Origin: Schizochytrium sp. TIO01
Taxonomy: Eukaryota > Protista > Bigyra: Labyrinthulomycetes
Length of the DNA stretch: 64,000 nucleotides
Reading direction: 5' to 3'
NCBI GenBank assembly: GCA_004764695.1
Contig: SMSO01000033.1
Coordinates: 806,001 to 870,000 of the forward strand
In this document: positions 23,365 to 33,688 of the stretch, piece by piece
Numbering within the stretch: position 1 is the first letter of the stretch
Layout: every line of letters begins with the position of its first letter
Made by a program: the position numbers and the translations under genes
The notes under the pieces: generated by a model
Database searches by the model: none
The model's input: the letters and a program-made list of their open reading frames with translations, nothing else
Told to the model about the DNA's origin: nothing

Positions 23365-26091
23365 ATGACAACCACGCCTTTCTCCTCGACAAGCCCTGTA
23401 CTACAGGGCTTGCCTTCGAGGATGGCAGGGATTGACGCATCCTTAGCAGAAATTAGGCGCGGTCGAATGGCGTTTCAAGAGCTTCGCAAGGCTGCGAGAG
23501 AGCAGGACCTAAGTCAATCGCAATCAAGCCATTTGCACGAGAGTTCGCATCTGGTGTGGCAACGAAATCAAGGTGCAGAAAGAGCCTTAGCCACGGGATC
23601 TCTGGATCATACAACAACGCCAAAACGTCGAGAACGTCTCGATTCAGGTGGTTACCGTACTGTAGAGCGTGCTTCAGATGCCAGTTTAAAGGCGTACACT
23701 CCACATTTAGTGTCGGAGCTTGCAGGAATTAAGGAAATGATCTCTAGCCTAAAAATCCAGCATACGAATCAAGAAACCAATAACATCCCCCACAAGGGGC
23801 TAGCAAATTCTTATCCTGGTACAAGCAATAGATCGCGGCCTACTTCTGCGGATGGAGCGCCACAATTTGACTCAGAAGGAAATCAACACTTACGCTATCG
23901 CTCACCATTTCAGAATGAATCTTCTTCAAAGGTTTTTAAACAACATACTAGCCCTGAGCCCTCGCACGGCAAAAGCGCCCAACACCATAGCAAATCTAAA
24001 GGCGCCGACCATCAGGATAACAAAGCCATCCAGTTTGAACTAAAGGAACTGAGGCGACAAGTTGAACTTCTCCGTGTTTCTACCCCGCCTCATCGTTCAG
24101 GACGTAAAAAACATAGGGCCAAATCAAACTGTGACGATGATGACACGCAGGTTGTGTTAAGGTTGCAAGAAAGTCTGCAGCTCAAACTTCGCAGACTCGA
24201 AGATCAAGAGGCTGCTTCTCGCCAAGCCGCAGACAAATCGCAGAAACAAGCAGAAGAGGCGCGTGCTAATCTACGTTTGATTGAGCATCGAAACCAAGAG
24301 CTCACTACAGAAGTCCATAACATACGCCGCCAACTTCAAGGAGTAAAGAGAGAAGGCCAGGAGGAAATTGAGCGTGTGGAAAAAGAGCTTCAGGATGCTC
24401 GTGCTCGGCTTGCTAACCGTGAAGCAGAGGAACGTGGTGCTCAGGCTGCTTTGAAGAGTGTCCGCTTACAGATATCCAAGCTCGTTCCCACGATATATGG
24501 TTCAGCTTCCAAGATGAAAGCACGCAGTAGAAGTCTCGAGGATAAATCGAGCGCAAAAGATAATAACGACATCACCGTCAACAAGGCAACCGAGGAAGCC
24601 TTGACTGCGTTGCAGGATTTGCGCGGTCTCCTGGAACGCTTGCGGCTTGCAAAAGCTCAAGCTCGTGACAAAGAAAATATCGTACGCAAAGCAAAGAAGA
24701 ATGTTGCACAACTTTGCGAACAAATCCAAACACAAAGCCAGACGCCAGTAAGGTGCCCTCCAAGTGAGAATAAGAAACGACTTGGCAAAGAACTTCGAAA
24801 TGCACAAGGGAGTCTTATTCGAGTTGCCGAGGCAATCCTTAGAGAAGGTACTCTTTTACGCCATGCGACAGAAAGGTTGCAGCAATTTCATGCCGCTGAG
24901 AACTCTAGAAGTGAGCAACACAACCGTATTCAAGGTTTGCAGGAATCTAGCAAACAGTGTCAGACGATCAACGAAGGTCTTGCCAGTAAAGTTGCTAAAA
25001 TGCAAGCAGCCTTAGCGCAAGAGCGCAGGCGATTTGCACAGGAGATGTCAGATGTGCAGCAGGCTATGGAAAAAATAAAATCCTCGGCTTCAGAACACCG
25101 TACCAAAGCCGCCCGCTTTATTGCTGAAGCGCCTCAACTTGAAAATAAAATCGCGACCCTGAAGAAAGAGATTGAAGACACAGAAGCTGGTTTACGACGC
25201 ACTCATGATCGTACAGAAGCTCTCAACTTCCGCACACAGTCCTTCACGCGTATGGTGTCACATATGAATCATCCTGACACTCAGAATGGTTTAGATGGAG
25301 ACCTTGAAGAACTTGAAACAGAAACTAGAGAAGCAGTACAGGAAGCATCCAAAGCACGGAAGGGATTAGCCAAAGTGAAGAAAAATCTAACTTTGGAAAC
25401 GGGGCGTCTAGAAAGCCGTCGTATAGCTCGAGCTGATCTAGATCGTGCCATACGAGGGCTTACTGATGAAGCAAGTTATTTGCGAGAACAGCTATCAGAG
25501 CTTGCGCAGTCTGCTGCCTCAAATGAACAGGCAGCAGCTCTGACAGGTGCACTTACAGGCTCTAAAGAGTTCGGCGATATGAGTTCAAGGCTCCATTCTG
25601 CTAAGCAGGAGAACTCGAGGCTTCAGGAAACTGTAGTACAACTTCGACAATCTGTTGAAGAAGCTAAGGTGCAAAATGTAGCCCTGAGTCAAGAGGTCGA
25701 ACATCATCATGCAACTATTAAACAACTCAAAGAACAAACCCACAAACAGCACGAGCGATTTGCTGAGTTCCAAGCTGCGATTGAACAGAATGACCTCATG
25801 CGGGGGCGTTTAGTTTCACTCAGCCATGACGCAAATGAGGCGCAACATGAACTTCGAACGCTCCTTGAGCAAGAGACTCAACACAAGGAAAAATTCAAGC
25901 ATATTGATTCTCGCATTGAGGAGCTTAAGAGTCTTGTTGCTCGTTTGCATAGGGCAAAAGCAGCAAAGTCCAAAGAAAGTAACATATTACCACAATCAGC
26001 GAATTCCCCTTCACACAGGAACCGAATTCGGGCCTCGCCCTCCCTTGAGCGAATATTTCAGGATCAAACTTATCAACAAAAATTCTTTTAA
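23365..26091 (+). CDS. Uncharacterised long coiled-coil protein (908 aa)
   Basis: Long ORF; disordered N-terminus followed by heptad-rich E/K/Q/R/A/L sequence; no catalytic motif seen. Confidence 0.8.
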   Translation: MTTTPFSSTSPVLQGLPSRMAGIDASLAEIRRGRMAFQELRKAAREQDLSQSQSSHLHESSHLVWQRNQGAERALATGSLDHTTTPKRRERLDSGGYRTVERASDASLKAYTPHLVSELAGIKEMISSLKIQHTNQETNNIPHKGLANSYPGTSNRSRPTSADGAPQFDSEGNQHLRYRSPFQNESSSKVFKQHTSPEPSHGKSAQHHSKSKGADHQDNKAIQFELKELRRQVELLRVSTPPHRSGRKKHRAKSNCDDDDTQVVLRLQESLQLKLRRLEDQEAASRQAADKSQKQAEEARANLRLIEHRNQELTTEVHNIRRQLQGVKREGQEEIERVEKELQDARARLANREAEERGAQAALKSVRLQISKLVPTIYGSASKMKARSRSLEDKSSAKDNNDITVNKATEEALTALQDLRGLLERLRLAKAQARDKENIVRKAKKNVAQLCEQIQTQSQTPVRCPPSENKKRLGKELRNAQGSLIRVAEAILREGTLLRHATERLQQFHAAENSRSEQHNRIQGLQESSKQCQTINEGLASKVAKMQAALAQERRRFAQEMSDVQQAMEKIKSSASEHRTKAARFIAEAPQLENKIATLKKEIEDTEAGLRRTHDRTEALNFRTQSFTRMVSHMNHPDTQNGLDGDLEELETETREAVQEASKARKGLAKVKKNLTLETGRLESRRIARADLDRAIRGLTDEASYLREQLSELAQSAASNEQAAALTGALTGSKEFGDMSSRLHSAKQENSRLQETVVQLRQSVEEAKVQNVALSQEVEHHHATIKQLKEQTHKQHERFAEFQAAIEQNDLMRGRLVSLSHDANEAQHELRTLLEQETQHKEKFKHIDSRIEELKSLVARLHRAKAAKSKESNILPQSANSPSHRNRIRASPSLERIFQDQTYQQKFF

Positions 26092-26405
26092 GTAACATTA
26101 GTATTCAATATGTTCAAACGCAGGTATCTGTTTTATTGTGATGGAGGCACGAAAAGTTGGCACATACTTGCTAGCAGAGTCCTTTACTTATATGTATTTA
26201 ATATGCAAGGGATTTCTCTTGCTGCCATATGGCAAGTACATCATCACTATACAGTGTTCTATGCGAGAGGTGATGGATTGGAATCGACCTAGACTTTGAT
26301 TGGCAACAGCTCGTTGATCGTGTTCACCAAAGCTTCAGGAACAACTTCAGCCATTTCTAAAATAAATTCTACCAAATTTTGGAAAACAAGAGCCTCGAGG
26401 AAAAG

Positions 26406-27962
26406 CTACTTTGAAGAACCTCCAACTTGTCGAGTTTTTGATTTACGGGTTGGTAACGGGGGTGGGGCGTCGTTGGTAGGATGTCGCAAAATACTAGTGC
26501 GTGCCGGGGGGGCAAGCTCTGCAGGAGAAATCTGCAGGATACCAGGTGGGCTAGCCGGCTTTTTGATAGGTTCAGAAGGCCCTGATCGACCCCTTTCACG
26601 ATCTGTTTGACATTTATTTTTATACCTATTCGAAAGTGTACGGGTATTCTCATAAATATCCTTTTCTACCGCTACAATACAGCCAAGCAAGAAAAACGCA
26701 CTGATGTCGCTACAAACTGCTGGAGCACAAGCACGGCTATCTGGTCTACATACTTGCCTTTCCCCAACAGAAACTCCAATTATTGAATAGACTGCAACGA
26801 CTGCAAGCAAACAAGAACCAGAGAAGAGCATTTCGAATGTCGTTCTGCGAACCTTATTTAGAACATGAAGATACTCACTTCCCCGCTCTCGGCGCTGCTT
26901 GAATGTAAGCTTTTCGAGTGACACTGTTCGAGTTCTTATCTTTGTTTTGGCTGCCATCATTGAATTGCGGACACGGGACCCGACAGAGTTGCTCATACTT
27001 GTGATAAATTCTATAGCTGAGTTGTTTGACTTTGGTCGCTTATGTGGTTCTCCTCCATTACCATCCTCGAGTGACATGGATGTCGTTGGGATAGGAGAAG
27101 CTGATGCTGCAGATGCGCGCGTATTTGGATCTTGGCCGTTGTCTGCGTTACCATCCAAATGTAACTCTGGAGGGAGCCCGACAATACTTTGTGAACGGTT
27201 CATAGCTGAAGCAGTTGGCGAACTCAAGGCGCCGCTAATGGCAATACTTTCGTCTAGCTGGTGAATAAGATTATTCATACGTCGGAGTCCATAGCCATAT
27301 GTGACTCCAATCACAACCAAAAATGGGATACTAAGGAGGGCAGCCAAGCTTGTTGACGCCTTGGCAGCAGCAACAATGATCACAATAAAAAAAAGGAACT
27401 CAAAGGCATATACTTGTTTCCGGAATCCACCCCAAATAGAATCATCAGTGTTTAGTAAATGCGCTGTTTTTTTAGCCACTTCTAGCCAAAATAATGACAC
27501 ATTAAGTGAGGCGAGCGTTGTGAAGACGATCGCAATGCCAAGGAAGACTTTTTCGGCCATCACCGCAGGGTGAACTTTTTCATCAGTGGTAGCAATGTGT
27601 AGGATATAAGCTTGAGGTGTCAGCGTGATTGCCATTGTGGAGATACGCCAACCCAGGATCCCAAGAAGCGAGAGTAAAGTAAAAGTCAGCGTGGCTGCCG
27701 AGATGTCCCATTTACGCTGCTCGGGAATCTGTAGCAGTCGCCAAACTGCGCCTATATTGTACAGGAGCGCAAGTACAGCGAGAATAGCAGCGATTGAGCA
27801 CAAAGCAATACTCAATTTCGTCTGTACCCCGCGAACCTCGCAGTTGTCCCCCGACCATCCATAATACGCAGAACACAGGCACTCAGATTCACCTTCGCCG
27901 ATCCAACTTACATCTCGATAGCAAACGAGAGATCCCGGACAATCGAAGTCTGTCTCGCACAT
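26406..27962 (-). CDS. Seven-transmembrane (GPCR-like) protein with N-terminal Cys-rich EGF-like module
   Basis: CETDFDC...C...CLCSAYYGWSGDNC (EGF-like CxC..G+.G..C), about 7 hydrophobic segments and a long loop between TM5 and TM6; first ATG at 27962. Confidence 0.7.
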   Translation of the reverse strand: MCETDFDCPGSLVCYRDVSWIGEGESECLCSAYYGWSGDNCEVRGVQTKLSIALCSIAAILAVLALLYNIGAVWRLLQIPEQRKWDISAATLTFTLLSLLGILGWRISTMAITLTPQAYILHIATTDEKVHPAVMAEKVFLGIAIVFTTLASLNVSLFWLEVAKKTAHLLNTDDSIWGGFRKQVYAFEFLFFIVIIVAAAKASTSLAALLSIPFLVVIGVTYGYGLRRMNNLIHQLDESIAISGALSSPTASAMNRSQSIVGLPPELHLDGNADNGQDPNTRASAASASPIPTTSMSLEDGNGGEPHKRPKSNNSAIEFITSMSNSVGSRVRNSMMAAKTKIRTRTVSLEKLTFKQRRERGSEYLHVLNKVRRTTFEMLFSGSCLLAVVAVYSIIGVSVGERQVCRPDSRACAPAVCSDISAFFLLGCIVAVEKDIYENTRTLSNRYKNKCQTDRERGRSGPSEPIKKPASPPGILQISPAELAPPARTSILRHPTNDAPPPLPTRKSKTRQVGGSSK

Positions 27963-30900
27963 CTTTTGATTCAAACGAAAGCCTCAACCCCAGTCAGATC
28001 TTTTCTGATGTATGCAAGAATTCACTAGAAAGTAAGGTAAATGCTAGGGGATCAGAGTTTCACTATTTTTGAGCCGTAATTTTCTTTCATCAATTCCAAA
28101 TACTCAACAGCTTTAGGAATGCCAATTGTGCCACTCGACTTTCGGTCTTGTTTTTCCGCTCACAGCGTGAGGCCGAGGCTGACCTCCGTTGTTTTCGCAA
28201 GTGCAAAGTGACGCACAGATGTACTAGTTGTAGCAACACGTGAAAACTCCGGCACGTGCTAAACTCTTGCTCCCTCGTTCGCTTGCTCGCTCCCATGCAG
28301 CAGCTAGAACCGTGACCCAAGGTCTAGCTGACCGCAGCCGGGTCGCGGTAGCGTCCCTCACTCGCAGATAAGCTGATGTACGTAGCTTTGGGATTTGCAG
28401 AGCTCCAGAGTGGGTTTGATTTTAAAGAGCCCATTGATCTTCTAAGTGGGTACGCATTTTTTCGCTTACTATCTCCGTTTTTACTTAATCATAATTATGT
28501 CCTATTGGGCGCTACTACCGAGTAAAGAAAAATTACGAGTCCTAGAAAATAAATAACAAGCACCATTCACGGCACACAGGTGTGTACGCGCTGGGCATTT
28601 GAAGTTGAACCTTTAGTGACAGAACTCCGAGAATAAATGCGGAGTTTGCAAAAGTTCAACTTGCTCATAGTGCGTTATGTAGGGCTTCAAAGTTGTGTTG
28701 GCAAAGTTGATGCTTGGGATGATCTTGCGATTGGAACTTATTCTGCGACCCTTATTTGGGATGGCGATGGATGGTGCATACTCGAAGTTCTTCCAGCGAC
28801 AAATTCAATGTAGCGTTTCATTTCAGGGCTACCTACAATTTAACGACGAGCAGTTATCATATGGACCAGGTAGGCAAACAGCGGTTCGTAAACTTCGAGT
28901 CGGAGCTGGAGCTGCGCAGTGGGAGGACCAGTGTGGCTGTGGTGAGATGGGTAACTTGAACAGGTGGTGGGTAATAGGTTTAATAGTCATGGTGGTTGTA
29001 GACACTGCTTCTAATGATCCCAAGCCTTCAAGCTGCCATTTGACAGAAAGCAAATCTTGTATCTTGGGAGAGGGCCCGCGAGTCTTAAGACTAAAAACTT
29101 CTATCAGAACTTGAAGCTGCAGCAGACGGAGGGGGGCAGCCTCAATCTAGAGACCCGTTGCTTCTATCGATCGAGCATGCGCCTATCAGGGTTCGGGTAT
29201 GGTCTGAGGCATCGCTGGCTGGATAGCAAGATGAAAAAAAGCACGAAACTTCAAAAACGGGCGTGCGCTCCTCGCTTTTGAGCAAAAGCCAGCCTCATAC
29301 TAATCGCTGATCTCGAGTTTAGTTTTCCGATTGCTCGCCTACGTTTATGTTCTTTGATTGTGGAGAATGTCTGAGATGGTGACATTGGTGAACCTAAACA
29401 AACTTTAGTCATGTCCCTTGGAGGCCAGCAACCTTGTCACGGGGATTTTAAGGTGTCGCCACTTTGTCATCGTCATCATCAGGCTATTATAGCCATATGC
29501 AGATTTCCGCCGTGGCCAAGTTGCTATCGCAGAACCTTGTTTACCATGGGGTGTGCACTCAAAAGGTTCCATCAACAACGAGAGGTAGGCTACCACAACA
29601 AATTTCATTCTTTAGCTAGAGACTGAATATTATATATTTTTATAATTAAAATATATAATTTAAAAAAGTCATGATTGAGGACACGGTATAGTATGCTGTG
29701 GACTACTATGGAGGTCATTGTCCAACAGCCTGAACTTATTCATTTGACGGGGGCGGCCCAAGGTTGTTCCAAAATAAGCGAGGGTTGTGGTTATAGCTAT
29801 TCTTACAAATGTATGTTATTTACTACTACTACTACAAGATCCCTAATATCTCAAAAAACATCTCGTCTGTGTTGACACTTTGCCCAAGTATGTGAAAACC
29901 GGTGAATGCTTTAGTTCTTGGAGACATTTTAGGGTGTAGTGCTGTTATACCAGTATTTTGGGTTTTGAGAATCATGCTGTTGGGACATGATGGATACGCA
30001 TCAATATTATCCGGAACAACACTTTTGATAAGTCACATTTCATAAACCCGAAACAAATATGGACAGGTATAATACAGTAAGTGTTACCTTCTTTTCAGAT
30101 AGACCTTGCGTAGCGGAGTGTGCTGATAACTGTAGATACCGCATAATTTTTAATATCTCTCCACTCACCCAGGCACATAATGGTTTCATAATTCTTATTC
30201 GTATGAATGTGTTACAACACATCGTTTCAAGATTGCAAGCCATTGAGCATGCATCAAGTATCCGCAGACAAAGTTAGAATTTACTCGTACATGGTTTTTA
30301 TAGCAAAGCCAAACCCAATAAGATCAAGGCCAAGGTGTCATTGCTGAGACCTGTTGGAACCTAGATTCTCGATATATCCTAAAAGATAAATTGAAACCAG
30401 TGCACTCATGTAATGTTATATGTGCGAATAAGTCATCGTCATGAAGCTAAAATTTAGCTGAAAGTGTTCAGGCTTCCTCAGTACCCGTCTAGTAAATGGG
30501 TTGAAGTAGTCCGCTATGAAGATTGAATAGCTAACTTTCTAGATGAGCCTAAAAATAGGGTATTGCACAAGTATACTGTTCTATAATTTTAGTTGAGGCT
30601 TTCATACGAGCTTCAGCACTTTTACTTGTGTAGCTCCTGTTTCTTTGTGCTACCGTTTAAATAGCGTCATGTCATTCCTCGTCATTTGCAAGATTCTTAC
30701 TATACAGCTGATAAGTAGAATGGTTAGCTATAGTTTCAATTCTAGGAAATTCTTTTGCAAGAGTCATTAGTTTCACATGCAAAACGGATCTTAAACTGAA
30801 TGTTAAGATGAAATTTGTAGCATGGCTCCTGTTTGAGTTGGCGTTCGAACAGACTGCCTCTCCCTTCGTCAAGTAGGCGAGTTCTACTAAATTTCCCGTC

Positions 30901-31968
30901 CTTGTTCGCAAATAATTACCCAAACGAAAGAAAATAGAAAACCTTTTTTTTCTTTTCTTTTACTGTTTGAAACCTCATTTCAACTCACCTTTTGCTTTCT
31001 TTAAACTTGGCTGCCTCATCCTATTCTCAGATATCTGACTTCTACCCACCTCTTTTCATCCACTTCTACGGGGTGTACTTTGTACAATTTATCTACAATA
31101 CCTCAGTTATATATTGGAAGTCACTGTTGAAAGTTTTAGTCTTACTTCCCCTTATACCCCCCAAGCTCATGGCTGCACTTCTCTTCCAGACCAAAGAAAC
31201 TTATCGTATCATCTTTAAACTGCCTGATATCGTTCTAAACACCTTTCAGTTATTCAATTATGACCTCTATGTGTTCCAGATCGTTCTAAATGTGTTTCAT
31301 AGTACCCTGGTAAGACGTCAACGTCGTTCCAGAACGTTTATTGTTACCCTTTAGGGTTTCTTGTTTCTATGGTCGCTCTGCGTTCCCTCAATTACTCAGC
31401 TCTTCGTTCACTGATTGCTGTGATTGCACGCAAAGCAATGCATGCGCTGTATGAAGTCTGTATGACCCTGAAATGCTTGCTGCATCAGCTTCCCGCAGAT
31501 TGCAAAGTGGCAGCCAGGTAGGTACCTAGGTAGCAAGAACCTAGGAATGACCTCTTCGTTCGCAGTGGCAGTACATTAGTTTCTCCTTCTCGCTCATATT
31601 CACCCATTTTGGCCCCTATGATTATTATTCTCCTTTCCTTTCCAATGAGGTGCGCGTTAAACAGTGGAGAAAACAGTGGAATAAACAGAGCTATACAGTA
31701 GAACAAAATGGGACAAGTGGGAAATAAAACTGAGGCAAGTAGAGCAAAATTCAAGCAAACAGTAGAGTTAAACAGAAGGAGTAACATAAGAGAGAAAGCA
31801 GCGAAAGCAAGCCAAAGCAAGCCAAAGCAAGGCGACCGAAACCGCGAGCAGACCGCTCAACCCGCCGCCTCGTGACCCTGCTGTCGCAGTCGCTCTCCCT
31901 GAGCCGCGTTATTATCTAGCTGTGTGCTAAGTACCGAATATCGTCGCGTCGTTTGCTTCGTCCTCGCC

Positions 31969-32436
31969 ATGCTCGCCTCCATCGTACAGCGCCGCAGCGG
32001 CCTCATGAGCCGTCTCCCTTGCGCTCTGGCACAAGTGGCTCCGTCTCAACAGCAGCGTGGGTTTGCGAAGAAGGCCAAGGGCGGCAAGGGCGGCAAGAAG
32101 TCCTCCGGCCCGGCCGGCATTGAGCTTCCCAAGGCCAACCGGCCCGAGGATGAGATGCTCGTGCGCATGCTCACCGCACAGCCCCCTCACGGTAAGCCGG
32201 ACCTCAGCGCTGAGGAGCTTGAGAGGCGGCGTGTGATTGCCGAGAAGTACATGAAGATGAGTCAGGTGCGTGATCTTCGCGACTCTGCTGAGGTTGACCG
32301 CCGCGAGGTGCTTCTTGAGTTTGGCCTTATGGCACTTCCGTCTGATGAGGAGCGTCAGATCGCTCTGAAGGATCCTGGCTTCGTGCCGCCGCTGCACAGA
32401 CGCGTGTGGACCTGGACCCCGCCGCGTGATATCTAA
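31969..32436 (+). CDS. MRPL40: Mitochondrial large ribosomal subunit protein mL40-like
   Basis: Arg/Ser-rich presequence ending RGFA, Lys-rich start of the mature protein, helical middle, C-terminal P..R..T.TPP motif; GC-biased codons. Confidence 0.6.
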   Translation: MLASIVQRRSGLMSRLPCALAQVAPSQQQRGFAKKAKGGKGGKKSSGPAGIELPKANRPEDEMLVRMLTAQPPHGKPDLSAEELERRRVIAEKYMKMSQVRDLRDSAEVDRREVLLEFGLMALPSDEERQIALKDPGFVPPLHRRVWTWTPPRDI

Positions 32437-33688
32437 GTGTAAATGCTTCCATGGCTGGCTTCTAGCTCGAATGCATTTAACGAACTGGTGGACGAAGGAT
32501 TTGATTATTTGAGTTTTTCTTGGGGAGGGGTTTTAACTAGCAAAATTGTTGGGTTTAAATTGATGATTTGCAAGTTAAGATCTGCTTGCACGTGGTCGTT
32601 TCATTGGGCACGGTAAGAGGTTGTACCTTGGCAAAGGGTTTTCTCTTCCTAATGTCCCCTTTTTTGTTTAACAGAAGGGTGGATAGCAGACGACTACATT
32701 GTGGTTGTTTGAAATCGATGCAACTGTCTATTTGAGAAGCAAACTGGGATTAAACTCGAACTTGACGGCCTCCAAGCGTGCGAAATTGAGACTCATCAGA
32801 TATTCAACTCTTCAGTCAATCAAAATGTTGATCAAGCGAGCGGTCAGCTATTTGGCTTGTTACTATTCCTTATGCTTGTGGGCATGTGTCAATGACAATA
32901 GTTGCCATACTGCGATCTTTGACTTGGCAGACTCCGCCAGCAAGCAGAAGGTAGTTTTCAAAGGCATTATTTAGATTTTATTTTACAACATGACAGACAC
33001 ATCTCTGACGCAAACCTGAACACATGCGGATGGGTTGAGGTTGTGTCTTCTTCACGAGCCGGTTGTCTGCTGTGAGAACAGCGACACTGGCTCTGTTTGC
33101 AGCACTACACAATTAATGGACTTGCAAATAAGCCTTTCGATCACACGGGGGCGATATGTGCTTCCTCTTCTACACCGAAAGGCCTTTTTCTTCGAGGGAA
33201 CGTGCAATACATTGTACAGTTATGGTTTGGAAAGGCGAGCTATGCCAAGAATGTAGTATGCGTCCGTGAGACCAGCCTATCTTCATATGCTCACCGAAAC
33301 TTATCAGCTGCCTCGAAAAATTGGTTTTGTCTTTTTCAGTGAAAAAGCAAGGGAGTTAGCTCGACTAGAAAGGTGCATTGCAAGTGCACTTACAACTACG
33401 ACTATTCGATAGAAATCAAACCAGAAAGTATTAAAAAGAAACAGAAAGTAATGATTACCTCTTTAATCTTATCCTATCTATATCCAGATCAAATATAGAA
33501 ACTATCGACCCCCCCAAAACTAGTCTCTATATTTCGTGAACAAGTTGAGTTCGCCTTTTCTTCCCCCACCCCCCTCAAATACAATAATATAAAATAATTC
33601 CCACAGGCTCTTGCATCACTCAATAGAAAGTAAAATTATGGCATACAAGAGCTACTTGAACAAATTGTTATATTTGTCTAACGCCATT

